64,000 nt of DNA, from assembly GCA_964016885.1 (NCBI GenBank), contig OZ024747.1:43772001-43836000 (forward strand). Reading direction: 5' to 3'. Shown here piece by piece: positions 17,801 to 31,090 of this stretch. The stretch comes from Eledone cirrhosa (Eukaryota). How positions within the stretch are numbered: position 1 is the stretch's first letter; every line of letters begins with the position of its first letter. The notes under the pieces were generated by a model. The model did no database searches and was not told the origin of the DNA. It saw only the letters and a list, made by a program, of their open reading frames with translations. The translations under genes and the position numbers were made by a program.

Positions 17801-19544
17801 CATAATTATATAAAATCTCTCCAAATGTTTGATTATTTAAAAAATTAGAAACTGATTTTCATTCGAAATATGGTAATGAAAGAATGAAATACTAAACATC
17901 TGAGATGAGTTAACAAGATTATAATTTTTAGACTATTAACCTCAATTTTACAGATGAAACATTTTCTAATATTTTTACATAACACAATATTTCAATCCAT
18001 TTGATTGCAAATCATCCTTAAGTTCCTGGATGTCTACACAACAGGTTTGAATAAGAAACATTTCTAAACAAAATGTAATGTTGTTCTTATCCACTAAGTC
18101 AAATATCTACTCTCTACTTCAACTTTCTCAAAATTCTACAGTAATTATAAGTTAGTCTGAAAATATATTTCAGAAATAACCAAAAATAGTCTGAAGGTAT
18201 TCGAATTTGTAGTAGTTAGAAGAAAGTTAGATAATTTTCACTTTTGTCTAGGAGAAAAAAAAGCAAAAGTAAACAACAAGCAAATTTCATGTAAACAATG
18301 GGGAAGGATTTCAAGATAAAAATCGAATAAATACACAGTTAAGAGAGATGAGAAAACAATGATGAAGCTATTTGTAAAAACTTGGTGCCATGAGTAATCC
18401 TAAGTTTTCTCAATCAATCAATATTAGATAAGAGATTAGATGGAGTGATTGATTGATTTTATCATGTTGCACAACAATAGACAGCCAGCAATATTAAAAG
18501 TTCATTGAAAATTCTCCTTGACCAATATATAAACATTTCTTATGAGCAAAAGCATGTGACAAGCAATTTGGCAAGTATCATGATTCAAACATTTATAATA
18601 CCATTTCTTTCTTCTATATTGAATGTCAACTCCATGTTCCAATAAATGAATTAGATAAAGTAGTAAATCCCCTGTGTTATAGTCTATCATAATATGTCAT
18701 AATTTATGAAGCAAATAAAAGAACCAAATAAATGTTGCATAATTGCTCTATCTATTCTGACATTTCTGACAGAGCAATATTGTTATTGGTCCAACTAAAC
18801 ACACAGCCTGTGTAATCTGTTTGAAATGTCTCTAGTGTACAACTCTGTTCTCTAGACATATGGACAATCAGTTTTAAGGTTCACTAACTTATTTTCCTTT
18901 CCTGAATACACAAGAACAGAACCGACTTCAATCTGAATTTCATGAAACAAGCAAATAGCTATGTCATTTGTTAACTGAACTGGCTGACAGCAGATTTAGC
19001 ACACTACTTGATGCAAATATATAGCTACATTTCCACATTATGCATTTCGTTGTCAAATTGATGTTTCCTCAATGAAAGAGAATTAGACCTGTGTTGGAAC
19101 TGAATATATGAGGCATTGCCAGCCATAACATGAAAACTTTATCAAGAATCAAAGCTGCAATAAACAACTTGTTTTAATTAACAAATAAGCTTCCAGCCAG
19201 AAATCTTTGAAATTTAGTTGAAAATAAGTTGAAATACTTTTACTGTGAACTCTGGCAGTTTTAATGCCAATGTTTTATGATGTTTTTTGTTTGTTGTTCA
19301 CCTGCTTTACTGCTAACAGCCACTGACTAGTAAATTCCATTTGCACTATGCTGTCTATCACCTCAGGTTTCAATCTCTTAGTTAAGTGAGGCAATGAAAT
19401 ATGTGCTCTAAGTCCATTGATAAGATTTGTATCTTAAAAACAGTAAATCATCTGCTTTCATTGCAATACAATTTTGTTAACACACAATTACATTTGCTTT
19501 TAATACAGAACAAAAAAAAAAAAAAAAAAAAAAAAATTCTTGTT

Positions 19545-19900
19545 ACAATGGAATGGACCTCCATCAGTTTCGACGATGAGTATTCCAGTTATTTGATCAA
19601 TAAAACTGTCTGCTCATGAAATTAATGTGTAAGTGGCTGAGCATTCCAGACACGTGAGCACTTAATGTAATTCTCAGGGAGATTCAGAGTAAAATTGTGA
19701 CATGGCTTGTCCTTTAAATTGTAGGTACAGTCCATCTGATGGGCTTTCAAACAGTTTCCATCTACCCAATTTTACTAGTAAGACATGGGTCAACCTAAGG
19801 ATATCGTAAATGACACTTGCCCAAGATGCCACACAGTGGAACTGAACCTGAGACTTATTGGTAGCAAAACAAACTTCTCGACTATTTGGCCACCTTGTGT
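19545..19900 (-). mobile_element. SINE family 2 copy
   Basis: Same blocks as 13225-13650 and 61880-62200. Confidence 0.6.
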
Positions 19901-20226
19901 CCACACTTATTACAAAATGTGCAGGAGTTCCCTAGATAAAACAGATTCTAGAAGTAGTGACATTATAAATTACATTTTATACTATTATTACTCAACAATT
20001 TTCAAAGATATATCTTTTATAATTCATTGTTTTAACAAGTGAGCTAAATATAATATCAGCACATGAACACACCATTAAATCATTTATTTAACTATTTCCA
20101 TAAAATCAACATTATAGTCTTTTGGTTTTAGAAATATTTCTGATATATTCTTTTCATGTTTATCATCAACTTAGAGTTATCTCATCCGCCTTCCTTTGTT
20201 TTAAACTTACAACTAAAATTGTTTTA

Positions 20227-20404
20227 TTAACCCTTTCATTGCCATATTTCTAATAAAATACACCGTCTTTGAATTAATTAATGAAGAATTTAGAGGGATT
20301 TAACACAGCCCAACACAAGATTTAAATTTAAATAGGATCCCTTTGAAATGGTTGTTTTATTAAACCAGAAACAATTATGAGCAGGTTGGTATCAATAGAG
20401 CTAA
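20227..20404. mobile_element. TTAA-flanked MITE copy (reverse orientation, degenerate)
   Basis: Begins ttaaccctttcattgccatatttc and ends ggttggtatcaatagagctaa. Reverse complement of the 61399-61632 family. Confidence 0.5.
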
Positions 20405-21344
20405 AGAATTAGGAATTAACTGTCAAAGTACCTTAGGAGTAACTAATTACTTAATTGAAAACCAAAAAACTCTAATGTTATCAGCAACATGATGGAAAGT
20501 AGTGGGCTCAGAACAAATTTAAAAGATTTATACCAGAGATATTAATATCCTTCTAATAGAAATAGCAAAATGATGCACATACTGCAAATTGGTCGTGCTG
20601 GTGTTACAATAAAATGCACCCAGTGCACCCAGTAAAGTGATAGTGCTGGTGTCATAATAAAATGCACCCAAGACACTCTGTAAATTAGCAGTGCTGGTGC
20701 CACAATAAAATATACCCAGTATGCTCTGTAAAGTGGTTGGGACTAGGAACGGAATCTAGCTATAGAAACCATGTTAAAATATGGAATGTGGTTCTCTGGC
20801 TCATGTAGTCTCGAACCATGAGCCTGTCTAACCTATGCCAACATGGAAAAATGTTCAAATTGATGATGAGGATGATGATGATGATGAATTGTTGTTTTAT
20901 AGAAAAAGAAAAGCTCTCCCTTAGAAAAGTAGATTCAGCAAGTTTTTAGATACATTAGAAGTGATAAGTGATAAGATATTGATTTAATAATTATATCAAA
21001 CTGATAACAATGGAACTGAGCTTAAACCTGATAGCCTTTGTTTTAAAGTATACCAGTCTACTGATATGGATAGACATTTGGAATAATGGTGGCAGGAGGA
21101 GGAGAAGGAAAGGAGAAGAACAAGGCTTGCGACAATGTGAAATGGAGATCTCTGGTTCCTCAATGCACCATATGGGGGAGGGGAATGAACAGAAGAAAAA
21201 GAAATTGAAGAAGAAGAAAGAAACAGGAGGAGAAGGATGAAAGGAAGTTTAATGTGCAGTAGGAATGTTATGTAAATTTACTTTGGATCTAGTTTTACAG
21301 AACACATCCAGTTAACCATCCAAGGATCAGGTGGTTTTGTTTCT

Positions 21345-22943
21345 TACCATCCAAGAACCAGGTGATGGTGTTAAACTGGGGGACAGATTAAGTTAACCAT
21401 CCAAGAACCAGGTGATGGTATTAAACCAGGTGACAGATTAAGTTTACCATCCAAGAACCAGGTGATGGTGTTAAACAAGGGGACAGATTAAGTTTACCAT
21501 CCAAGGACCAGGTGATGGTGTTAAACAGGGGGACAGATTAAGTTTACCATCCAAGGACCAGGTGATGGTGTTAAACAGGGGGACAGATTAAGTTTACCAT
21601 CCAAGGACCAGGTGATGGTGTTACACAGGGGGACAGATTAAGTTAACCATCCAAGGACCAAGTAATGGTGTTAAACAGGGGGACAGATTAAGTTTACCAT
21701 CCAAGGACCAGGTGATGGTGTTAAACAGGGGGACAGATTAAGTTTACCATCCAAGGACCAGGTGATGGTGTTAAACAGGGGGACAGATTAAGTTTACCAT
21801 CCAAGGACCAGGTGATGGTGTTACACAGGGGGACAGATTAAGTTAACCATCCAAGGACCAAGTAATGGTGTTAAACAGGGGGACAGATTAAGTTTACCAT
21901 CCAAGGACCAGGTGATGGTGTTAAACAGGGGGACAGATTAAGTTAACCATCCAAGGACCAGGTGATGGTGTTAAACAGGGGGACAGATTAAGTTAACCAT
22001 CCAAGGACCAGGTGATGGTGTTAAACTGGGGGACAGATTAAGTTAACCATCCAAGGACCAAGTAATGGTGTTAAACAGGGGGACAGATTAAGTTTACCAT
22101 CCAAGGACCAGGTGATGGTGTTACACAGGGGGACAGATTAAGTTAACCATCCAAGGACCAGGTGATGGTGTTAAACAGGGGGACAGATTAAGTTTACCAT
22201 CCAAGGACCAGGTGATGGTGTTAAACAGGGGGACAGATTAAGTTTACCATCCAAGGACCAGGTGATGGTGTTACACAGGGGGACAGATTAAGTTTACCAT
22301 CCAAGGACCAGGTAATGGTGTTAAACAGGGGGACAGATTAAGTTAACCATCCAAGGACCAGGTAATGGTGTCAAACAGGGGGACAGATTAAGTTTACCAT
22401 CCAAGGACCAGGTAATGGTGTTAAACAGGGGGACAGATTAAGTTAACCATCCAAGGACCAGGTAATGATGTTACACAGGGGGACAGATTAAGTTAACCAT
22501 CCAAGGACCAGGTAATGGTGTTACACAGGGGGACAGATTAAGTTAACCATCCAAGGACCAGGTAATGATGTTACACAGGGGGACAGATTAAGTTAACCAT
22601 CCAAGGACCAGGTAATGGTGTTACACAGGGGGACAGATTAAGTTAACCATCCAAGGACCAGGTAATGATGTTACACAGGGGGACAGATTAAGTTAACCAT
22701 CCAAGGACCAGGTAATGATGTTAAACTGGGGGACAGATTAAGTTTACCATCCAAGGACCAGGTGATGGTGTTAAACTGGGGGACAGATTAAGTTTACCAT
22801 CCAAGGACCAGGTGATGGTGTTAAACTGGGGGACAGATTAAGTTAACCATCCAAGGACCAGGTGATGGTGTTAAACTGGGGGACAGATTAAGTTAACCAT
22901 CCAAGGACCAGGTAATGGTGTTACACAGGGGGACAGATTAAGT
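21345..22943 (+). repeat. 50-bp minisatellite, about 32 copies
   Basis: Unit AGTTTACCATCCAAGGACCAGGTGATGGTGTTAAACAGGGGGACAGATTA with an exact 50-bp period. Confidence 0.97.
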
Positions 22944-22944
22944 C

Positions 22945-23370
22945 CTGTTGTGTGCTTATTAAGTTCGCTTCAAAACCATGTGTGTTCAGGCCTAGTTCTC
23001 ATGACACTCTGGGCATGTCACTTCTACTATATACCCTTGGGCTAACCAATGCCTACACTGAATTTGGAAGACAGAAACTGTAAGAAAAACTTCCATGTGT
23101 GTGTGAATGCATGTGTATAAGGTGTGTGTGTATCAGCATGTATATGTGAGTAGACCAGTCACCACAAATATCTTATTGAGCTTGTTAAAAAAGGCATGCC
23201 ATAGACAATATATCCTGTAGCAGTTCAATGAATGTTAGCAGTGTATAGCATTCTTAAAATGTGAGATGGGTTGCTGTCAAGAGGGGCTTCTCATTGTAGA
23301 AAACCTACCTCAAAAAGTCTCATTCAACCCATGCAAGAATGGAAAAGGTGGATATAAAAACTGCAATGAT
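22945..23370 (+). mobile_element. Degenerate SINE head plus RTE-derived tail
   Basis: tRNA-like start, ctgggca.gt..cttctactat body, and terminal aacccatgcaagaatggaaaaggtggatataaaa..gatgat resembling the RTE 3' tail. Confidence 0.45.
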
Positions 23371-23419
23371 ATGTATATATACATGGGGAAGGAAGAGGAG
23401 AGAGAGAGGGGGGCGAGGA

Positions 23420-23852
23420 GGTGAAGAGGGAAAGAGAGAAGGGGAAAAGAGGTGGAGAGAGAGAAGAGGGAAAGAGGTGGAGAGAGAGAAGAGGGAAAGA
23501 GGTGGAGAGAGAGAAGAGGGAAAGAGGTGGAGAGAGAGAAGAGGGAAAGAGGTGGAGAGAGAGGAGAGAGAGAAGAGGGAAAGAGGTGGAGAGAGAGAAG
23601 AGGGAAAGAGGTGGAGAGAGAGAAGAGGGAAAGAGGTGGAGAGAGAGAAGAGGGAAAGAGGTGGAGAGAGAGAAGGGGGAAAGAGGTGGAGAGAGAGAAG
23701 GGGGAAAGAGGTGGAGAGAGAGAAGGGGGAAAGAGGTGGAGAGAGAGAAGGGGGAAAGAGGTGGAGAGAGAGAAGGGGGAAAGAGGTGGAGAGAGAGAGA
23801 AGGGGGGAAAGAGGTGGAGAGAGAGAGAAGGGGGGAAAGAGGTGGAGAGAGA
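23420..23852 (+). repeat. 25-bp polypurine minisatellite
   Basis: Unit GAGGTGGAGAGAGAGAAGAGGGAAA; nearly pure purine strand. Confidence 0.95.
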
Positions 23853-24924
23853 GTAGTAAAACTCTAAAATAATAGTAGAAAAGGTGACATGTAATTAGAC
23901 TGAAAGTTATCAGGTATTCAGAGAGACAGTTGTTGGTGAGGAAAAAATAATTATATTAAAAAAATATGCATTATGGAGTTCAGTTTATAAAACTAGATAA
24001 GAAAATTAAAAATATTTATGTGTATGGAAAGTATATTGTTTGAGCTGATTGCAATCTAAAGCAACAACAAACTTTTTTTTAAGTCACTTTATTTTATTTT
24101 ATTTCAATAGAGATTGCATTAAATAAAAACACTTTATATATTAAAAAGAAAAAGAAAATGGGAGAAGACATATACATTGAATCACAGGTCACAATAAGGA
24201 GTGCCTGAATGACCCCCTAATAATTTCTTTGGAAAGTCAACACACACGCATCATAGCTGCAAAACTAGAATAACCAGCATCGCCGCATATTTCAGTAAGG
24301 TGAACCACTAACAATGATAAGAACCTCATTGTCACCAGCCTAGCTCTCTCAAAACATCTTGAAAACCACAGGTTAAAAGAAATAGTCTGCCAACAATTAA
24401 ATCTTATTAGGAAACTTCCTTTTAAAAATTTAGAAGTCCATTTCCAAAACGTTACATTTAAACAACTAGAAGTTGTCATACATACTTTGATGAAAATTAC
24501 AACAAATGATATACATTGATAAAATAAGCTGATAGCAACAAACAAACAAACAATGGCCACTATTCTCTGCAGAAATTATACTTTGCAACTGGCTAAAATT
24601 ATATAATTAAAAACAAAATGGTAAACAATAAGTTATCTCCCTTTAAATTAAAACAGTAAAGGGTTAAAAAAAAAAAATCGATTTTGTGAAAATTACTCAG
24701 ACAAAATAAATCACCTATGTAGAAGTGTCACTAACAACTAGTTTTATATAAATATTTATCGAATGTGAATGTGTGCGCGAGGTGGTGGTGGGGGGGAAAC
24801 ATTTAGTAAAGCCTGAGTTAATATTAAGATTTTAGTCTAGATATTTAAGATAGATGAATTTCCAGGAGTTGACATGTCCAAGTTGGTAATATAGACCCAT
24901 GTAGACTCACAATGTGAGGTGATA

Positions 24925-25065
24925 AATTGGTAGTCATTAGAATGTCGGATAAAATGCTCTGTAGTGATTGTTCTGGCACACAGTGCTTTCTGAGTTCAAA
25001 TCCCATGAAGGTCAACTTTGTCTTCCTTTTGAGGGTGATAAAACAGGACCAGAGCAGTACTGGGT
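24925..25065 (+). mobile_element. SINE family 1 fragment
   Basis: ttctgagttcaaatccc..aggtcaactttg..gataaaa..accag..tactggg. Confidence 0.55.
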
Positions 25066-25261
25066 TTATTCTTTTTCTATATCTCTTTCTCACACTTACC
25101 CTCCTTCTCTGGAAGAAATCAGGTGTGTTCAGTTCTGGAGGGGGAAGGGATCTGTTAGGTTTAAAGTGCCCAAGATATGTATATATCATGTATCTGCCCA
25201 AGATATGTATATATCATGTATGCGCCCCTGTGACTATTAGAAGTTACAGTTCCCTATATAT

Positions 25262-25643
25262 ATCATCATGATTTTATGTCCGCTTTTCTCTGCTTGCAAG
25301 GGTGGGACGGGAACTGATTCTGGCTTGATTTCTACAGCTGGATGCCCTTTCTAACACCAACCTCATTTACAGTGAGTGCTGGGTGCTTTTTTGCCGTGGC
25401 ACCTCCACGTCCACTTTACAGTGAGTGCTAGGTGCTTTTTTGGCGTGGCACCTCCACGGCCACTTTGCAGTGGAATGATATGGACCCCAGTCCCTATCAT
25501 CTCATTTCTACAGCTGAGTAAACTGGAGCAATGTGAAATAAAGTGTCTTGCTCAAGGAAACAACACATCACCCGGTCTGAGAATTGAACTCACAACCTTT
25601 CGATTGCAAAGCCAATGCTCTAACCACTAAGCCATGTGCCTCC
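25262..25643 (-). mobile_element. tRNA-head SINE (family 3) with RTE-type 3' tail
   Basis: Reverse complement is near-identical to 30767-31090 and 53755-54047. Ends cttgcaagcagagaaaagcggacataaaat(catgat). Confidence 0.85.
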
Positions 25644-25876
25644 ATATATATATAAGGTGCAATAGGAATAGAAGAGCGAAGAATTAGTTTCGTTAGATTA
25701 ATATAATTCGACTGGTTTGATGTTGGACATCTGCCCAACCAAAACCAGAGATGAAGAACAATGCAAACACCTTTTAATGTGCAGTCTTAGAGGTAATTGT
25801 GAGAAATAGTCCATGAACTATACGAAGTGTACTGCGTGTATTTCATCACAGCATCAGAATTAATGAGGTTGCCCTT

Positions 25877-25908
<32 letters not shown>

Positions 25909-26899
25909 GTGTAGAAAAATGGATGTTCAATGGTGACCATGATGATATATGTATCCGATGTGCTCTAATGGTCAAGTGTTATATATATATTTATATAAAC
26001 AAGTAATTAATTAACCTATTATTTTACAATTGTTTCAGAGACTATATATGTAGAGACCAACTGATGTTTGTTATGTAATTTCATATCACCAACTTTGAAA
26101 AAGTAACATCTATTCAAACATATGATCAAAAGCCTTCAGCCACCATCATTCCACATTTACCCACACACACTGTACACACAAAACCACATTATCCAATGTG
26201 TTCTTTCCTAAGAGTGCAGGAAAGGATTTGAGGGAGATTTTGCTGCTGTATTTAGTATATTGAGAGAGTGGCCATGTAGAAACTTTCTTTGAACTTTTGG
26301 AAGTTATATATGGCTGAGAGAATATGGTGAATAAACTATTTTATGATATAGTCAAGAGGTTTGATTCAGTCAGATAGTTTATTATGAATGAAAACACTAA
26401 TTCAAACAACACTCATTGATTCCGAGATGCTTTTTAATTGATTTATTTTCTTCATCTGCCAGACAGATTTTAACATGGTCATTTCTATTCTTAATTTGAT
26501 TTTATTACCATTCTGTTTCAATTAGTCGACACTTAGTATGTTGGAAATTAAATAGAGAAAGTAAAAACTGAATTTTTGAAAATACTAAGCTCTTTTAATC
26601 TGATTAGTGTTATCACATAGACACCAGATAGTGCCATCAATACATCACTTTTATTTATATTACCTTTTAAAGAAACTAAAATGACTGTAGCAACATATTG
26701 CACTGTTGAAATTAAGAATATAGAAACACTTCATTGGGTTACATAGGGTCACATAGAACATATTCTTCAGAGTTCTATTTATGACTCTTGCCTAACCCTC
26801 CATAATTGAAACATGTTACAGATTTATTGACATTTGAAACTATTAGTTGATTTCTTTTTCATTAGGAAGGAAGTCAAACTGTGTGTGTGTATGCAGCAC

Positions 26900-26901
<2 letters not shown>

Positions 26902-26968
<67 letters not shown>
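26902..26968 (+). repeat. (GA)n microsatellite
   Basis: Read directly. Confidence 0.95.
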
Positions 26969-26972
<4 letters not shown>

Positions 26973-27809
26973 TTGTGCTGAGACCAAGAACAGAAATCAT
27001 GTGAGTAATCAATGCATGGGGAGATGCAGATATATATATATATATATATATATAGGTGTGTGTGTGTCTACATACATAACTACATGCATTCACACTCTCT
27101 TTGATGAATTAAAAAGAAACCAAGAGTTTAAAATGTCTCTGCATGTGTAACGGTCAAGTGCAACAATTTGAGAAGCATTAGATAACAAAACAGTATTGTA
27201 TTGCAGTTAGGAATGACAGAAGAAAGTATATATTTAAATATATGGATACTTACAAACACACCTGTGGCAATGCTGTGAGTGTGTTGGCTTGCCTTGAAAA
27301 TTATTAGAGGGAACCACCAGCACCCTTTGTTGTGGTGGGTGACTAAGCGTGTATGTCTTCTCTCACTTTTTTAACATAAATTTTCAATATAAATTGTGTT
27401 TATTTGTATTTTTAAAAAAAGAAAGGACATGACTACCCTACCACTAGCATCACCATTCAGCGACTCAGTTTTGATTCCTGGTTCAAAACCTTACAACACC
27501 TGTGAGTTTGGAAAATAACAACTTCATAAATGAATAACTTTTGTTAGTAAATTAATTTAATGTAAATGTTTTAAATATTATTATATGCATAATTATAATT
27601 TATAATTGTTTTAACCCATATCTTTGAAAAATATTAATATTTCAGTGAATGTATTAAAAGATGTATTAATAGCTGGAAAGTCAGGTATTTTTTCTAATTA
27701 ATTTGGTTTAATCAAACATTACAGAATAGATACAATGAGAGGTGAGAAAGTAGTTATATCTGTTGAACTATAGCTGTTGTTGGAAATCTGTTGTTTTTGA
27801 TGAGTGTTC

Positions 27810-28080
27810 CAGGTGTTTGGATAATGGAACAATTGACTGTAATTAATGTGTAAGTGGCTGAGCATTCCACAGACACATGTACCCGTAACATAATTCTCAA
27901 AGATATTCAACATGACACAGTGTGACAAAGCTAATTCTTTGAATTACAGATACAACTAAGTTTTGTTAGCTGAGCTGACAGGGACAACACAACAAAGTGT
28001 GTCTTCATCAAGGACTCAATACATTGCCAGAAACTGAACTCATGAACTGTATACCCTTATCCATTAAGCCACATGCTTTC
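27810..28080 (-). mobile_element. SINE family 2 copy
   Basis: aagtggctgagcattccacagacacatgtaccc..tttgaattacag..ccattaagccacatgc (head end). Confidence 0.6.
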
Positions 28081-28189
28081 ATATGACAGAGTAATTAAGG
28101 TATTTAATTAGTAGTTCATGAGACTGTTTCAAATCTTAGTTATTTCAAAGTAAATTGGGGCAAGACAATTTTATGTACATTATACTTTC

Positions 28190-28345
28190 TTAAGGCAGTG
28201 ACTTGGCAGAGTAATGAGGGCTTGGGATTAAAAAGGTTTCAGTATTTGTTTCATATCACTGCATTCTGAGTTCAAATCCTGCCGAGGTCAACTTTACTTT
28301 TCATTTTTTTGAGGTGGATAAATAAAGTACCAGTCCAGTACTGGC
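28190..28345 (+). mobile_element. SINE family 1 copy
   Basis: ggcagtgacttggcaga..ttctgagttcaaatcctgccgaggtcaacttt..gataaataaagtaccagt. Confidence 0.65.
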
Positions 28346-28479
28346 ATTGGTCCTTCCTCTATTTCTCTCTCTGACAACTACACTCTGGGTACACATGTCT
28401 ATGGAATGCTTAGCCACTTACATGTTAATTTCATGAGCAGGCTGTTCCATTGATTGAACAACTGGAACACTCATTGTTG

Positions 28480-28800
28480 AAATCGATGGAGGTGTGGAAG
28501 AGGGATATTTAAGTAGAGTCAGAAGTAGAATTATAGATTTTGGTAACTAAATCTGAAAGTCAATGTGAGGTAAAGGTGTTATATTAGTGATGATGTGGAT
28601 GGTGAATACTGAAGATATGTGATGTCTGGAAAGAAATGAGGTGAGTATGCTCTGCTGGTTGCATATTATTTCAAGTAGGAGTCTACAAAAAAAGGAAAAC
28701 AGAGGTAGTGGCCATAAATGATGAAGGATGATCTCAGTCTGCGGAGCTTCTTAAAAGAGATGATATAGAACAGTAGCAAATGGACTGATGCTGTGTTAAA
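28480..28800 (+). mobile_element. Highly degenerate RTE LINE 3' fragment
   Basis: ctgaagatatg..tctggaaagaaatgaggtgagtatgctctgctgg matches 35862-35895 ([16 protein letters not shown]); ends gatgctgtgttaaa. Confidence 0.5.
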
Positions 28801-29444
28801 ACTTACTCAATTAAACCATGGCTGCATGGTAAAGCAATATAAAATTATGATATAATGATAATTATGATGATGATAATATTAGCATGTGTAACTTGATTTC
28901 TAAAATAAATGTATTGCATCTTTACATATTCATAAATGATGACTAAAAGAGTTGGTGTCAGGAAAGAGATTTAGCCATAAAACATTGCCTCAAAATGTTC
29001 TGTACAACCCATACCAATCTGGAATATGCAGTTGTATAAAAACAATAGTGATGATGGTGATGAAAACAAAATCTTACAACAGTGATTGTGTGCAGCTGCT
29101 ATGTAAGATACCTGTCACAATCGGCATGACTGAAAACAAGTGTCAAGTTCAGTTTTACACGAAGCACATTTCACTGAAGTTTATGGATATCAGCTTCTTA
29201 CTGAACTGAAGATTAATGGGCATAGGAGAAAAAACTATTTAGATTTGTACATACCACATAAAGTCATTGAGGGATGACAAGGAAATTATTTCTAATTTAT
29301 CACAATCAGTTGACAATAGTTTCTCTTGAATCAACTAGAAAAATGGTTTACTTAACACTTTTGAGACCATATTTTTAACAGGAACATACTACTTTTCTGT
29401 TTTAATTACCAAAGTAAGGAATAATTACAAAGTTTAATAATGAT

Positions 29445-29625
29445 TTCTACTTTAAGTACAAGGTCAGTAATTTGAAGACATGCAGAAAGTCAATTATATT
29501 GACCCCAGTTCTTTACAGGCATATTATTTTACCAATACTGGTAGGATATAAGGCAACATTGACCTAGGCAGCATTTGAACTCAGAAGGTAAAGAGCTGGA
29601 ACAAATGCTGCTAAGCATTCGTCTG
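29445..29625 (-). mobile_element. SINE family 1 copy (degenerate)
   Basis: gaccccagt..ttatttt..aggat..aaggcaa..ttgacct.ggcagcatttgaactcagaa. Confidence 0.55.
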
Positions 29626-29708
29626 GAGATAAATATTTAAGTACCGAAATCTAGTATTATTTGTCATGTAATGAGAATCAGTAAAGGGTTTTAGAGTATG
29701 TTAGTGTT

Positions 29709-29915
29709 TTAACCCTTTTGATACCAACTTGCCTGAAACCACCCCTGGTTTTATGATACAAAGTTGTTAATATTTTAATTCTATGTCAGAACTTTTTGTT
29801 ATGTTATACTCCAAATACCATGAAAGCGTTACATTACAAAATCCATCCAAATTCGAAATTAACAGAAAATGATAGGCTGTGTATTTTATTAGAAATATGG
29901 TAACAAAAAAAGTTA
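29709..29915. mobile_element. TTAA-flanked MITE copy
   Basis: ttaacccttttgataccaac...agaaatatggtaacaaaaaaagtta; same family as 61399-61632. Confidence 0.6.
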
Positions 29916-30439
29916 GAGTAAGGTTTCAAACATTGTGATAAAGTCATATTACAAGAAAATAGCCATAATCATAATGTGTGGTGAAGAAGATAAAATGCTA
30001 TATACTGCTATCTGAGGTTTAAGCCCTCCTACAAGTAGATTATAGCAATATTGATGACAAGCATGGTCCTAAATACAAAGCTAACTAAACAATGTTAGAG
30101 CATGGGACAGACATACATGTATCATATCCTGTTCATAAATATCTGCAGCCAGTTTCATCAATAATGAGAAGTGGTATGATTCAGTCTAATCCACTAAAAT
30201 AGGATGAAAAATATAGAAGCTAAATCTGGAAAAATGATTCATATAAGCGATTACGCCTCTCTATGAAAATAACTCAGAATCAATAAAATAGTTTATCAAT
30301 AATTTAAGGCCAATTTAGGAGTTTACATAAACTCACTCTCCAAACTCATTATTTTTCCATGATGTACATTACAATCTTTATTTAAAATGAAATATAAAAT
30401 TATTTACAATGATCTCTGAAGTGTTGGGAGTGTTTGTCC

Positions 30440-30660
30440 TACATTGGCTCTGACAAGTTATTCAGTTGTTTTAACAACAGAACAGCTGGCTCCTCAAATT
30501 AACATGCAAGTGGTTGAGCATTCCACAAACATGTGCACCCTTATCATAGTTCTCAGGAAGATTCAGCTTAACACAGTGCATAACAAGTCTGGCCCTTTGA
30601 ATTACAGGCTCAACAATTTTTTTCCAGCTGGGTGAACTAGAGCAACGTGGGTAAATATTT
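30440..30660 (-). mobile_element. SINE family 2 fragment
   Basis: aaattaacatgcaagtggttgagcattccaca..ttctcaggaagattcag..ggccctttgaattacagg. Confidence 0.6.
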
Positions 30661-30766
30661 TAGATCTTGATAGAATACATACGACGATGCTCCTCAGTAC
30701 ACAGAGTACACAATTTGTCCTTCCTTATCCCCAGCTGTACAAATTTGTTGGGGTTATAGAGAGAGA

Positions 30767-31090
30767 GAGGCACATGGCTTAGTGGTTAGAGCATTGGCCC
30801 TGCAATCGAAAGGTTGTGAGTTCAATTCTCAGACCGGGTGATGTGTTGTTTCTTTGAGCAAGACACTTTATTTCACATTGTTCCAGTTTACTCAGCTGTA
30901 GAAATGAGATGATAGGGACTGGGGTCCCTACCATTCCACTGCAAAGTGGTCGTGGAGGTGCCACGGCAAAAAAGCACCCAGCACTCACTGTAAATGAGGT
31001 TGGTGTTAGGAAGGGCATCCAGCTGTAGAAATCAAGCCAGAATCAAGCAGGGAAAAAGCGGACGTAAAATGAAATGAAAATGATAATGAT
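30767..31090 (+). mobile_element. tRNA-head SINE (family 3) with RTE-type 3' tail
   Basis: A-box tggcttagtgg, B-box gagttcaattc, body ttgagcaagacacttt, gttaggaagggcatccagctgtagaaa, and tail aagcagggaaaaagcggacgtaaaatg matching the RTE 3' end at 36230-36258. Confidence 0.88.

Noticed and set aside
21345-22943. CRISPR-like appearance of the 50-bp array (and the 43-bp array at 8364-9696)
   Set aside because: Units are contiguous with no unique spacers, there are no cas genes and the context is eukaryotic.
23339-23872. R/E/G/K-rich ORFs in three frames
   Set aside because: Artefact of the 25-bp polypurine minisatellite.
30767-30840. tRNA-like sequence (also 25570-25643 and the family 1 SINE heads)
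   Set aside because: These are SINE heads continuing into shared SINE bodies and LINE-type tails, not stand-alone tRNA genes.
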